A DNA stretch of 64,000 nucleotides. It comes from Ascidiella aspersa (Eukaryota). A program made the position numbers and the translations under genes. The notes below the pieces were generated by a model. The model did no database searches and was not told where the DNA came from. It saw only the letters and a list, made by a program, of their open reading frames with translations. Shown here piece after piece: positions 20,530 to 34,600 of this stretch; positions within the stretch are counted from its first letter, which is position 1, and each line of letters starts with the position of its first letter. The stretch covers positions 10,106,001 to 10,170,000 of the forward strand of contig OZ004607.1 in NCBI GenBank assembly GCA_963924565.1. The letters are read 5' to 3'.

Positions 20530-23199
20530 CCCCCCATTTGAAGTCATTGTCGTCGTTCATATTTTACATATTCACTTTGTCATTTTAGGCTTGTTGTTCG
20601 TTTGGCGCTTGAAAAATTGGTTTTAATTCAATTAAAAAAAATATCATTCTTTCAAAATAAAAAACACCGATTTTGTTTAGACGTATTAGACGAGATCCGA
20701 TACTACCACTTGGCATCGGGTATCCAATCCGATATTATCGGACATCCTGTGTGACATTTTACGACGTTTTCGTTTTAAATACCAAGGTTTGGTTATAAAC
20801 TTTAGAACCTGAAGTTTAAAAGGTATTTGGTTCGCATCAAGCCTTTTATAATATAGGAAATAAGTTCAAGCAGAATCACAGCTTGGACGGATTGCAAAAT
20901 TTTAAAGGACCATAATTTTGCCAGACATTTCCATAGCGGTTTTGGATTGTACAAACCGTATTCAAATTAAAAACATCATACATAAGTCCTACTAGCTTTT
21001 TGAGAAGAATTAAGCCTGTGGTACCTCAGGGCGAAATCTTATTTGTTCGCTTTTCGACTACCTTTGCGTCTCTCGTAAACGCGGCTGCGCAGATGTTGAT
21101 GTTGACCCATCCTAAGTGCAGTTTTAATTCGTATTCCCAGCTTCCAACTGGCCAGAATTACGCGGCCACTTAAAGGTAGCCGCCTCTTCTTTTCAGCAAT
21201 CTATTTTAAAGTTTTTGTTTAAATTGCTTTCCAGGTGTTGAAGTTATACACTATGGCGTACATGCTTGTACAGTATTAGAAATCAGATGATAAGTCAGAC
21301 TCTATGGTGATGCAACAAAAATATAGCATTTTGTTTCACATTTTTTTTAATTTTCCTCACACGAAATTAAAAACATTAACAGACACCTTAGCATAAAAAA
21401 CAAGGTAAAAATACGCATGTGTTCTCGCAGTGAAAGTTTTATATTGAACAAGTCGCTGTTCGCAAATGCAGCCAAAACGAGCGATTTTGCTCGGGATGAA
21501 GCAAGATTGGCGTTATTCTTTAACAAAAATTTCACAAACTTTGTACGAAAAGGCGCGGACTGCTTTACGGCACAATTTTAAAATCGACCAAGACATTGAA
21601 AAGGGTGCACAATTATGAATACGAACTTTTCACAGCCCAGCGATTAGCAAACGAAAGGTCTACCTTCGCCGCAGCAAAAGTTTGACCAGACACACTTGTC
21701 CGTCTCATTAAATTGAGCTTAGGTTGTTGCGGGCCAATCGAGATTTGATCGAGTGGCGAACAGAGGTCTTGAGTTCAGTTCTCAAGTGTTGTTCCACTTG
21801 TTCGTATCTTCAGGTCGAAGCGAAAATTTCATATCAGGCAGTCTGAAATCGAGCGGATGTCTTAATAATTAGTTTCGCGGATGTCTAAAATGTTTTATGC
21901 CTTGGTACCATAATGGTTGGTGGTTTTAGTTAGAATTAGAATGAAAATCAAAGCTCATACAGAAGTTGGTAGCATATTTCGAGCGCTTTTTATAATTTAT
22001 TTGAAACCTTTTTTACCTACTTCTACGTGGGTTTTCATATTCGTTTAATACATGCCACCTACTTCTGTTGGGGCTTCGATACGTTCATTATACTGCTTAT
22101 TAATAATGGAAGTATCTTTCGAGATTTCGGTCTGCCAAAAATGAATTTGTTAATATTAACATTCAAGCAGGCTGCTATTGAATGAATCGAATAAAATGGT
22201 AAATGGGTAAAAATTTAAAACTAATTGCCTGGGGCTTTTCGGACTTTTCTCAAATATGTAGCCAGATTATTAGTAAAATAGCATTTGTGAGTCAATGTCC
22301 TCCCCGCGTTGGCAAGGCGGCCATAAATGGAATTGTATTTCCGAATTGTTATTGTTTTAGCGTCGCCTTTGGGAGTCTGTGTATCTTGCGACATTTGGCG
22401 ATAATTGACAGCCTGGCAGTATAAGGTGTTGTTGTGACACTTGTGGCCGACGTTAAGGCTGCTATGGTGCTTTGCTTGTTTTTCGCCATCTCTAATGATG
22501 TGTCTGGTTTTGGTATTTTATGTGTACGATTAGAAACAGTTGAGGAATATTCAAAATAGCAAATTCCTCAAGACATATAGTATGTAGATGTGCTTCACTG
22601 AAACTTACACGTCTATGATACGCACTAATTAGGCCATTTAAATCAGCAAAACGTACGAGTTGTAAAAGTCCTTCTGGTTAAGTAAAATCGGAAATATTTT
22701 CTTTCTCTTTTTTGTTAATTTTTTAATGCTTAACTTCTGCCCGAATTTACTTTCGCACCGAGGACAAATACGAATATGTACGAAACTACAAAACTGAACC
22801 TACTTACAGTTGTCGCAATTCAATGTCACAGTTCGGCCATCATGTTTACATCTCTACCCTCTCGTTATCTCACCACGTTCAACCCGCAACCTCATCAATC
22901 TACCGATGCCCGTGCGCGTTCTGTCTTAACGAAATATCTGTCGGGTTTGGCGCAGTCATTCAACCAGGGTTCGTCTCGGTCTCAAAGGTCTGCAGACCTC
23001 GGTCGGTCAGCCACTTCTAACAGCTTTAGTGGTTCGCGCCGACTTGCAAAATAGCTCTGCTCAGATGCTTGGTACGGAGAAAGGGCAGTTTATGCTGTGC
23101 GAGCTGTAGGTGCAGTTTCTCTGTGCTTTGTTGTTGTGTATAGTTTCTCTATGTATGGTGCGTAGATAGCCTGCTGAGTTTAAAGTTTGTTGTTTATAC

Positions 23200-23508
23200 C
23201 AGTTTTTTCAGCCTATGGGTCGCGACCCAAAAGTTGGAGGCCGTTTGACTTTGTTGTGTCGCCGTCTGTAGTAGTTCACATGGCTAGGTGTATTTAAGAT
23301 TTGATATGAACACGATTTCTCCAAAATTTTAGAAAACTGTGGGAAAAATACTTAGACTTAGCTAATATTAAAGTTTTGAATTATTTCGAGCTTTTTTATT
23401 AGTGTTTTGCTCAGTTACGGCTTACAACAAGTTAATTGAAAAGAATTGTGTCGCTTTTATACTTACGCTTAGCATTTAAGTTACCGGAAAAAAAGTTGAG
23501 AAACACTG
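23200..23508 (+). mobile_element. hAT/Charlie-type MITE
   Basis: CAGTTTTTTCAGCC...GTTGAGAAACACTG termini; 6/8 TSD GTTTATAC/GGTTAGAC; reverse copy at ~50543-50820. Confidence 0.75.
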
Positions 23509-26500
23509 GGTTAGACAAAACAGAAAGTAAAAGGAAGTTGTATTTTGCGTGTTTTCGGTCATTGCGAAAATGTGAATCCAGCAAAAGAAGCGATTAAAGG
23601 CCACTGCTACACCTTTCAATCAGAATCCCTAAAACCTGAAGTCAGCAAAAGTAGACCTTTTTATGGCCACGTTAACCTTATGGTTGAGTCAGGTTATGTG
23701 TGCTTTATTCGGGATAGTTTTAGCGACCAACGTATCGCTAGAGTAATCCAATTACAGCATAACCTGAATAAGTTCACCGAAAAAAACAAGTGTACCGCAA
23801 AATTTAAAACAATTTGTTAAATGAGTATTTTCCGCGATTTAAATTGTGAAACTGGTGCGATTGACATTTTCCAAATGTAAAAAAAAGCACATTCTCCAAG
23901 TAACGTTTGTTGCAATATTGGTTGAAAACCATGTTCGAACCAGGAAGTTACCAATGTGCTGCACGAGGAAAAAAATGTAAAAGTCACCAGTTATAATTTA
24001 CAAAGGCATTGTCTAGCAGCGAGGTATAGATATTGGTCCTTTTTAAAAATCTTTCTTCCTGTGTTTTAACCAAATTTAGAAATACCGACAAGTGCAGCGC
24101 GTGATAATAAAGCTGTTGTTTTTCTGCTGTTTCAACTTCACTCCCAGTAGTTACCCGACTTCGAGGAAAATAACAATCTCGCTTCCGGAAAATCGAGCTT
24201 CCAAATATTAACGACCAATGCCGTGTACACGCCTTTATTATATTGCCTGTAATACCGGCATTTATTATAGTTGTTGCGTAAAATCGGTCTGTTTTTTTGC
24301 TCTACCAATTTTCGTTCGTGTAACTTATTTGCTATTTTTTTGAGCGACATGAATTTAAAGCTAGTGTCATAATAAAAACGCGAACACCCGTTTCGTTAAA
24401 TAGGTGTTTTGCGTACAACTTATTTGGACGCGAATGAAAACTTAGAAAACTACTTATATTAAAGTTTATCTTTTTTCTATCGAGGCAAAGCAGTAGTCAG
24501 CTTTAAACTCTATGCTTGAATTTCATCCGCTTTCGTCAACGAATGATAGCGTTAAGTATCTCCGAAAAGGGCTAGAAACGCGACTGTGGGATTATATGGT
24601 TGTATATATGTTTCGAAGCAACGAATTTTCTCCTTCAATAGATTACGTTTATAATAATCCAAGCTACACAGTCGGATCTTTTTGTATCAGACAGTGATAA
24701 AGCGATAGTCAGGCAGTGATAATTAGTGAATCTTTCTTTTCTGTATCAGATCAATCTGTAAATTAAGTATAGCAATTTTCGAGTCAATATTTTTTTTCCG
24801 AGAACGACGATCTGTAGTAATAAGTGATATTTGAAAACCGTTGTTGCTTTATAAATTTAGCTGTAAGGTTTTACCAGTTTCTTACCAATGATAGGCCAGT
24901 TATGTTACAAACGCCATGTAGAGCATTGTGAATACAAAAATAGTACGTATAATGTTAACTAACAAACGGTTGTCCTACATCCTAGCGCTCATTTCCGCCT
25001 AGGAAATATGTCGCAATCATACACAGCCGTAATAAGCTCAGTTCGCCTAATTATCACGGGTTACGTTTACGGCGAATTGTCCAAGCGCGATTCACCGAAA
25101 AAGAGATTGTTTTCGCCTGATTTTTCAGGCTTCCCACGCGCGACATGCCTAGACCCAAACAGAGTCACCTACCGCGAGAAATTCGCGAGAGATTCGTACT
25201 TGGTGAGTGTGTATAATGCCTGACATCACCAAAAACAGCAACGGCATACCGCCGAGGCAAATGCCTGATCGCTGGTCACTCGTGTTCCCGGCCGAGCGTT
25301 TAAGGAATTCCTTAGCAGCAGTTCTGAAATAATGCCGGCCGGCGGAATGCCGTACTCTTGTCCTTGTGAGTCATCCGCCTCAACGCGTAGTGTTTCCACC
25401 ACGGCCCAAGGAACATCGCGGTTTTGTAAACAAGCTTGTATCCGTGGAAAGAAACTGTGACTTTTAACTATTAAGACCGCTTCTTGAGTGGCTCTCAAGG
25501 CTTAGGGAAAGTACTGCGGGTTGCAAATAGAGCTTGTATCATGACCTTAAATTTTTTGAGTGAAATTTGAAAATTTGGCAAGGCTATGTGATCTCCTCTT
25601 TTTGCGATTTTGTATTTTTTTTAAAACAATTTCCATCTAGAATTTAACTTTTTATGGAGTAACCAAATTTTTATTGCGCAACCAGGTAACAATTTCAAAT
25701 TAGTTTAGGCCAGAATTCTGACAATTCTAAGCAACAAAGATTTTGAGGAATAAGGAAGACGATTTTTTTCAATACTCTGGCTCGTTTAGTCGTTCTAAGT
25801 TTTTAGTCAATTGTTTTACTTTTGTACAGTTTGGGGTCTTGGCCAGTTTAAGGGAGAATATACATTTCTTTTAAAAGTCATCTTAAAACGTCGAGGTTGA
25901 CTCTTCAACCATATCAGTTGGCAGGACTGAGCTATAGAATATGGTAATTGCACGCTTAAGTTTTTCGGCAAATATAGTTTTGCATTCTAAACCGGGTTAT
26001 TTTGAGCCTTTTCTCCGGTTTGTTGCCAATGCAAGGCGGAAATATAGACTTTGAATTTTGGCGGGGGGTCATTTTCTAAGGATTAAACCTACTTCGGTGG
26101 TCCCTTAAAATAGGATTTTTGGCACACTTTCAAGGGATCAGCGGTGGATGTTTAGTCGCAATCGAAAAAAGGCACAATCTTCCAGGCAAAATTTTAACCT
26201 TTTATTGCAACCTGATTAAGATATAAAACTAATTATTCACGAAATAAAACATGTAGCCCTTTACAAATAAATGACTACTGTTGGGTTCGAATTGTGCACA
26301 TGACATTAAAATTAGGACTTATCCTAATCCGAAATCATAATATGTTATTTTTTTATATCTAGACGCCAAATGGCAACATTATTTTCGTAATTGGATTGAA
26401 ATATAATGTTTAGGTGTCGCGTTATTACATTCGTTGTTCTCATTTTGTTTTTCGCTTCCCAAAATATGGAATTCTTTACACTTGTTTAATTAACGTTAAA

Positions 26501-26798
26501 TATGAACTGTTAGACAAGTTTCTGCCTGTTTAACATCTCAATCCACAAGCTAGTGTGTTTTATTTGTAGATAAGAAAAATTCCGATTGAGCCGCGGTTAT
26601 TTAAAGATTGCCAGGCCCCGCAAAATTTTGCCGATGCTTTTATGCACGCCGCATTTGTCATCGTATACGCCTTGTTCCAACGTTTATTTTAAGTTGTGAT
26701 TTAAGCCAGTTGGTGCGGTGACGTAATGATTTCGCGAGAACTACAACAAATGCGCTAAATCATGTTTAAAAAGTTTCATTGCGTTTAGCGGTTCGTAG

Positions 26799-27181
26799 TA
26801 GGGATGCCCGTTAATATCGCATAGGAGCCGATACTTGATGCTCATTTGTACTCGTTCGATACTAGGGTGGTATCGGTGCCGATCCGATTCCAAATTCACA
26901 TTTGAGTCATGGTTTGCGATCCAACGCAGCGATTCAGTCTTGAAAGGTAAGTTTATCAAAAAAATTGCTAACAGCTGGAGTAGTAGTAAACTCCTTAACG
27001 CTATAGCAAATTTTGGCCAAATTCCATTTTTTTAAGTCCTTCAAGGTTACAATTTTACATATATTGCTGGTTTGAGCATAGTAATGGAGTCGTTTGGTAA
27101 CTTTTGGTAACAGATTGGGTCGTTATACTTTTTGTCAAATATCGGTTATCGAAATAAAATACCAAGCACCGGACAGCACTA
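26799..27181 (+). mobile_element. MITE family A, full-length degenerate copy
   Basis: TAGGGATGCCCG...CGGACAGCACTA termini; internal similarity to 1997..2405. Confidence 0.7.
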
Positions 27182-27448
27182 CTTTCATTAGCGATAAAAT
27201 CAATCGAATAAGGTGGACTTTTGATATTTTCACGATCCTTGGTTTAAACGAAGCGAAAAAAAACAACAATCAGCTTCCAACAGTCGCGTGAAATCAGAAA
27301 TCCAGCCAAACGGCTTTGCAAAAAAAAAAACACCAACAGCAACAGCAGCACTTGCACGGTTTGGCGCTTTTCAAAGCACGAATCTTGTTGGGCGACTTAC
27401 GCCCGACTTGGCTAATGGTCTGTTGTCGGGCGCTCGGCCCATTGTGGC

Positions 27449-27602
27449 ATTGGACACGGTTCCTAAAATAACAAAACCCCTGGAGTCCGTAACTGTTGGG
27501 GACTCACTGGGCGGGAAGGAATATTCAAAGGCGATTTAACTAACACGGTTGCGGTTCCCTTGGCTTTATATAAGGTTTTGGCCTATTTTGAGAGGCTTCA
27601 GT
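27449..27602 (+). promoter_or_regulatory. Candidate Pol II core promoter (reverse CCAAT, GC box, TATA, Inr)
   Basis: ATTGG at 27449, GGGCGG at 27509, TATATAAG at 27567, TCAGT with its A at 27600 (33 bp after the TATA start). Confidence 0.4.
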
Positions 27603-29264
27603 GTATTGACGTTGAAAGTCGTGAAGCATATAAAGATTATTTTACAAGGTTCGCTCTATTTTGATATCGGGTTTAAAATATTGTTTACCATTGGCTGTAT
27701 AGGTTAACGTAGTCGCTGAAGCCCCGGTTTATTTAGGCGTGAAAGAATTGTCGAACACTAACGAAAACGTGTACCTTTAGAATAAATAGTTTTGCTATAT
27801 TTTCTTACATTTTGACATTAAAATGTGCCATTTCTTCAAAACGCTCTTCGACTGTTATCCATGGTGTATGTCGGGATATCCATATTGAGCAACGGCACCC
27901 ATAGCTAATAATGAAATGCTCTTAAAGTTTTGCAGCTTTGTCAGAAAGAGGGTTAAGTCAGAAAGGGGTTATCTCTTTACAGAAATCCCAGGCCATTTGA
28001 ACAGCTTTCCGATTAGAAATAAAAACAGCGACAATTTTAAGAGTTATTTTATTTGACTGTTCAATATTTCACTCCAAAAATGTCGTATTTCAAACTTAAT
28101 GCTTGTTTTAAACTTGTGCGCAAGTGGGCAGGTTGCATTTTTCCTGCAAATACAGCGGGCAAAAAAATTGCAGTCGTGGCATATTGCGTTGGACATTATC
28201 AGAAATCTACGTTGAACCTGTCCTTGACAGTAATTCTAGGCTAACTCGGCTTAAGGATAGCGCCTCACATTCGAAAGAGTATCATACCGATGCCGGATTT
28301 TCTCCTTGCGTCGGATTACGCTTATCTGCGAAGCATTTTACGGGTCTTCCGATCGCCGACGATAACTTTGGAACACTTAATAAAATATATAATCGAACAT
28401 TGTAGCATAATGGTTGTAGGATTTAGTAACGTACTAAGAAGTATTAAAGCCCATACCGAAGTAATTATCACTTTGAACGTTTCGAATATCTCTATATTTC
28501 AACAAATGAACAGTATCTAATTTTTCTATAATATTGTTGTAGTATTACGACCAATGACATAATAAAACCTAATACGCAGTAATTCTTACGCCGGAATAGG
28601 ATTTTGGTGCCGCTGTTAGGGGTTAGATATGGGTAATGGGTGGGGTTAGAATTGGGGTAAGGTTGAATTTGTTGATTTAGTAAATTATGAAGTTAAGGGG
28701 GGGCGGATGCAACGTTCTTAGATTTTTTCTAGCGTTAAGCTCTTATTTCGACTGTATTAGCTATTAGTCCCATTTTCCTCCTACTCCAAACTGTGATTTA
28801 TTCTGTCGTAGATGTTTTTCTGATTTCAGTCGTATTGTTGTAATCCAATAACTTACTGTTATTTTGCACAAGGTCAACGACCGTTTGCGCAAAGAAAAAT
28901 CGGGCCGCTGCTGTTTTATGGCCGTTCTTGGTCTCATCCAAAACAAAAACAACAACAGCCCGAGATCGCCCGCCCGGGCGGCCATTACGTAATAAGCGTC
29001 GTCGAACGAGATCAAAAGAGAGCTGCGGCAAATCGGTATTGTGCTTAACTGCCCGCCCTCCGCTGCTTTGAGCGACTCGACTCGAATTTCATCGGCTGAA
29101 TGGGATTTTCGCTCACGCCTTTTAGCGACAGGCTGACTAACTTGGTTGGCGTTTTGCTCTTACCTTAACTTTATAAGAACTCGCGGTTTATTTCCCACGC
29201 GTTCGCCCCTTCAAACCGAATGTTGCGCCAGAAGTTACTTATTTTTTGTGCTGAGTTCGATTCG

Positions 29265-29635
29265 TAAGCTTTTAGCTGCAGTGCAGTCTTTTAAAGTCGC
29301 CGTGCTTTTGACGTCAGCATGTGTTTTGACGTCATTATTAGTTTTTGATGTCACCAGACAAGACGTCTGCAGAACTAGCGTTCTATGCGGTGTTTGGGAA
29401 TGCAAGCTTTCAGTTGCAGTGGAGAGTTTATGACGTCGCCGTGTTTTCTGTCGTCAGCATTCATTTGTGACGTAACCAATTTATACTTATGTCATTATAA
29501 GTTTTTGATGTCACCTGACAACGCGTTTGCACAAGTACAAGTAGCGTTATTTGCGGCGTTTGATAATTCAAAGCTTTCGGTTGCAGTGGAGATTTTTTTG
29601 ACGTCATCGTGCAATTATGACGTCACCAGAATTTT
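29265..29635. repeat. Degenerate tandem repeat (~140-165 bp) carrying a CRE (TGACGTCA) cluster
   Basis: AAGCTTT..G.TGCAGTG.AG at 29267, 29404 and 29571; perfect TGACGTCA at 29309, 29327, 29599 and 29618. Confidence 0.85.
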
Positions 29636-30928
29636 TGTAAACTCATACTTTCTCTCTGAGGTTACTGGGTCGAGATGGTTGCAGCGTTACAACGCAATTT
29701 CAGCTGATGGACTCGTGTATCGTGTTTCTGTCGCTAATGCGCTGAAAATGCAATTTGGGCAGCGAACCCGGACGGGATTTGATATACTTAATGATTGTGT
29801 ATCGATCTTTCGCGAAGCGCAGCCCATGTGTTGTGATGAGCTAAGCAGCGACGCTCAATACATTTATATTCTATGATGCTCTGTGCATGTCCTGCGTAGT
29901 GTTTTCGCCGGATCTTATTTTGAGTTATTACGTTGGAAGGCCGTGATACAGAGACCAGGTGCATTTCAGTGGCTAACCATTCGTTCTGTGTCCACGTTTG
30001 TAATACACTTTCCTTTGTGTTCAAGGTGGCGTTAGTTGACGCCTTAAAATAAAATCAGTAATAAGCAAACTGTCACTTTGAAGGAGAAACTTCATCGATT
30101 TTGTTCAATCAGTGAAGTTTATCGCCCAAATTTGTCTGCAACAGTTCGATTTTGAGAAAGGTAAGTCCTGTATCTGTGTCTATGGCCCCCTTAAAACGAA
30201 ACCAAATTTGTTTACGTAGCATATTTGGCAGGCTATGGCGTTTTAAAAGTATAGGTTCAATAACTTATTAGTGTCGTTTTTCATCCCCGGCGCGAATTGG
30301 CGAAAAAAAGTCGGGAAAAAAATGCAGAGTTTTAAGTAGAATATAAAATAAAAATCCTGTTTGCTGCAAGCCTGTGTAGTTTCTGTTGCGAAAAGGCTCG
30401 GCGAAAATTCAAAACAAGCACAAGTGTACAATGTCGTTTTAAACGATTCTGTTTTTGCAAAGCTAGTGTTTTTCTACGTTCGATAGAAAAAGCTAAATTG
30501 GTCCTGCGCCAGAGTGTGAAAAAACCCTCCGCGTTTCGAAACTTATCTGAAACAAACAACGCAGTGAAAGCGGGACGCGAAGCGTTAAGGAGAAAATATA
30601 CGCAGAAAACCACAGCCTTGCTACGTGGCCGTCACCTGCAATTAATCAGCAAGAGCTGACCAACAGCGAATGGAACAAACTCGTCAACTAAGAGCTATAC
30701 AGCTTTCAGTGCGAAACGACTGCCCCGGAGGCCATATTGGCAAACCTGCCAGATACAAGCGAAGATGTACGGCTTGTAATTGTTACACGGCGCCCGCGAC
30801 CGTTCGTGTTGTCAGATACGCGCAAAAGGCAGTAAACATGAGAGGTCTGGCTTCTCTAGAGGGATTTTACATTGGCGCTCTTACGGCCGTTTTGGCTCTG
30901 AAGGCCTGCGACGCTTTGTACTCCATTC

Positions 30929-31620
30929 TTTAGCGATCTGTTAGATTTGTGAAAACACGATTTTTAGATTTGTAAAAACAAGCGAACTTCGACGTGTAAG
31001 CCTATTGTTTTAGTCAGTGTCATTTTGTTAACTTCATTTCGCCAGTCAGTTTCTTTCTTATACTTAGAGCAATCGAGGTCTGTATTTTAATGGAGTATCA
31101 CCATAAAACTTATTGGTTGGTTTTAAGTGTACAGTTTGACTAAAACAAATTTTAGTACAACTTCGACATGTAAGTTGCACTCTCTTGTTTAGCGAACTGT
31201 TAGATTTGTATGAACAAATTTCGACGTGGAAAGGCTATTTTGTTCAGTCAGTGTCATTTTGTTACTTTTACTTTCTTCACAATGAGCAATGCGAGTCTGT
31301 AGATATGCAGTACTAACTATCGTATGGATTATTATTTTCCGGCTATATGATAAAGCTTAAATTGGTTCTTTAAATATACAGTAGGACGAAAACAAATTTC
31401 AGTAGAACTTTGACATTTAAGATTTTTTTAAGTGAAAGTTAAGTTGGCAATTTGGTTATCACAACAAACAGTTTTTGTAGTTGTAACAGGCAATGTAATT
31501 ATAATTTTATCAATGGAGTATTATCAGACAGTATATTGCTTGTTCAACTATTGTTGGACGTAGAAAACCTAATTTTGCGGAAACTTTAACACGTAAACTT
31601 TAACACCCTTTTTTAGACTC
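30929..31620. repeat. Degenerate tandem repeat, ~255-bp unit, two copies plus a decayed third
   Basis: TTTAGCGA.CTGTTAGATTTGT...TTCGACGTG...AGTCAGTGTCATTTTGTTA...AAAACAAATTT.AGTA.AACTT.GACAT repeated. Confidence 0.8.
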
Positions 31621-34600
31621 TTTCGGTCAAGATGTTAATTTTCGTATCAACGCATACAGTGATGGGAGTTTGTAGTTGGGCAGGGGATAGTACATGCGTT
31701 TGGATTATAGTTGTATGGATGATGTAGGACAGCAGAGCTTATTCGTTGTATATATTGTAGTAAGACGATGAAAACTTAGTAAATACAGATAGCAATTGTT
31801 TTGGACAAACAGTTGTAGACATTTTTCTCTAACATATTTAACGAATAGTTTAAATGAAAGTGCCATATGACGTTTTGATTGGTGATTCAGCATTAACGTC
31901 TTTATGTAGATTACACGAATTAACTAAAGTATTTTTAAATAAACATCGCAGTAGAAGTAAATAGTTTCATGAAAACAGTCAATAAATCAAAAAAAAACGG
32001 GTCAGTCAATTATCCGAAGCGAAACGAAGACAAATAAATGCTAAAAGACATTTTTCTAAATCTGTTCAGAATATATATCTCTTGTTTTACTGAATTTGGT
32101 ATCGACTAGCGTTTTTCGGATAACGATTTTTTACATCACGGCAACAAAGTTTACGTGGATAATGTGCCAAAAAGGTGAAGCACGTTTTTAAAATAAACGT
32201 TGCTGTAAATTTTATCAGTGTCAAAAGAAAAGTTTCTTTAGAAAGTAAAGTTATCCTGAAAACAAATCGGTCAAAAAACTTCGACTATGGCGAGTCTGTT
32301 ATCGAAAGCAAACTGACCCAAGCAGTTCGGTCCTAATGCTGGTCGTTAAATCCAATAATTACCGCCCATTGGTAGGTATCTAAGTTATCACGAGTTCTGA
32401 TCATGATTCGCGCAAGTTCCCGCTTTGTCCTTTCTTCACCGGGGGTCAACAAAGTGGTCCAAGAAAAGTTTCACTTGTTTGAACAGAGGGTCCTTTAAAA
32501 AAGCGGCCGCCTGTGCGGGTTTAGGCACAAAAGCTTACCGGAGGCGAATATCACCATTGCCCGGTTCCCGGGTTAACGTGTAACCAGCTTGCCCAATAAA
32601 ACGCCCTTCGCAAAAAAACACTCGTTTTATGACGTTTCGGTGGTACACTGGTGACTGTTCTAGTGGTCTGAGGGCAGATTTGAGAAAGGCGCTTCTTTTT
32701 ACCGCCAGTTGACAGCGTTCAAGTGTTAAAGAGTGCATAGTCAGGCGCCGGACGACGATTTTGTATCTAGAAACTCAAGTTGAAGTGTTGACGCGACAAA
32801 ATACATAGACGTCGCTGTAATAGATCAAACGAGATATAATGTAAAACAGTGAAAGGTTGCATTTCTGTTATTCTGTTCGGAAATAAGTTGTTTTTATTAC
32901 ATAAGCGCTTTTATTGTGTACTTAAAAAGTGTGTTTTGAAATCAAGTTATAATACCCAAGAGGGGTAATTCTGGCGTTTTTAATGTGACTCAAACAAAGT
33001 TTTTTTTCTACTAACATTATTAAAAATTGCGGAACCACTCTCTTAAATGTTCTCAGATGTAACCTAACCTATTTTAGGAGCTAAAACCCAGCGTACAACT
33101 GTCGAGGAGTAACGTTTCAGTTTAGTGATATTTTTATTGAATTTGTTTAAAATAAATGTGATGTGGTTTTACCATATAGTTCCGTCATTTTTTATCAAGA
33201 ATGTGAATCAAATACTCGTTCCTCTAGACTGACAATTTTCAGGCTAAATAATTTACCTACATGGCTAAAAACTTGTCCCAACTGCTTAACTTCTAAACGT
33301 CGTAGAACAAAAAGCTTTTTCGGTATAATCGAAAATTGGATTAAAACTAAAATTTGGACACATCGCAAATTAACAATTTCGATTAGAATGAGGGTTAGCA
33401 GCAAATTACTCTAGTTTATCAAATTGGTAATCCGGAATTATTGTGTTGTCCTAAAATCCCATTACTTCCGCTTGTTCTGTAAACTGTCCCGAGTGCTGTC
33501 TTTCATTAATATCGCCCGGCCCAGGTATTTTCGTGTTCTATTGAGCGCTAGTCGCGTAAATTCAACCCGTTCCGTCAATTACGCGACTTGCTATGGTCGC
33601 ACACACCCCTGGGCGAGGATTTCAAGCACTCGACTGTTTGTTTCGGCTGTCCACGCGTCATACACATAGCGAGAGGTGGCCTTACCCGGCTTAAACTGAT
33701 TAATTGGGACTCTAGTACTTGCTTAAGTATTGTGTGAATGACAATTCGATGCTGGCTCTGTTAGTTTGTGGGTGATTTTAACCCCTCTTCGATTTGTTGA
33801 ATTGCAGTGACAGGGAATAAAGTTTTAGGTTCTGTACGTTATTAACATTATTACTTAGACTGAATCTGCAGCCTATAAATTGTAGAGAAAGTATTTGTAC
33901 CATGTTAAGTTACCAATCAGGCGTTTAGTTAACAATATTAGCCGAAATATTTGATTGCTGTAATTTACCTGAATAGTTAACATTCGGCTAAAAAAACGTT
34001 TAAAATTAAAAACTTTTTTACCTTGTCTAGTTTAAAAACTTTTCTAGTCTAGTGTTTGTTTCCAGTTAAGACGAATCTATGTTTATTCTTCGGCTAAACA
34101 AAGCTTTTTTTCCAAAGCTAATAAAGGTCCTATTCTGGTCCCAGGAGCCCCTTTCTATTTTCCACAAACATCGTTTTATTTGTTACTGGTCATTTCTTAA
34201 CTGATTGGAACCGCGATATGGGAAGTTTTGTTGGTTATCATAAATCGCTCACTGATTCGTCAACCACAATGGCGAATCGGTATAATCGTGTGATGATTCT
34301 TAACGATGACATTGTTATTTAGTAATTGTTTCGAGCATTTACCAACGCACCACCAAATAGTGAATCATCCGAGCCTTATCTGATAAAAAACGTTTCGGCC
34401 AAATCTCTCGCTTTTTGGCGGAAAGTTTTACGAAGCGACGAAAGAGCGAGGCAAGAAGGCATCGTGTCTCGATCCGCCTCACTGACCCTGCTTAGCTCAG
34501 CTGACAACTTTCGCGGTCGTGTTCAACCGAGCGTGAAGCTTTCTGCCGCGGTCCCGAAGTTATTAGCGATCTTCGTCGAGGCGTTGCGAAAAAGTACTAA

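Noticed and set aside
29146-29876. ORFs of 95 and 163 aa
   Set aside because: They run through the CRE tandem repeat, have no protein-like features and lack exon structure.
30158-30166. Perfect splice donor AAG|GTAAGT suggesting an upstream exon
   Set aside because: Expected by chance in 64 kb (another lies inside a MITE at ~26946); no supporting exon.
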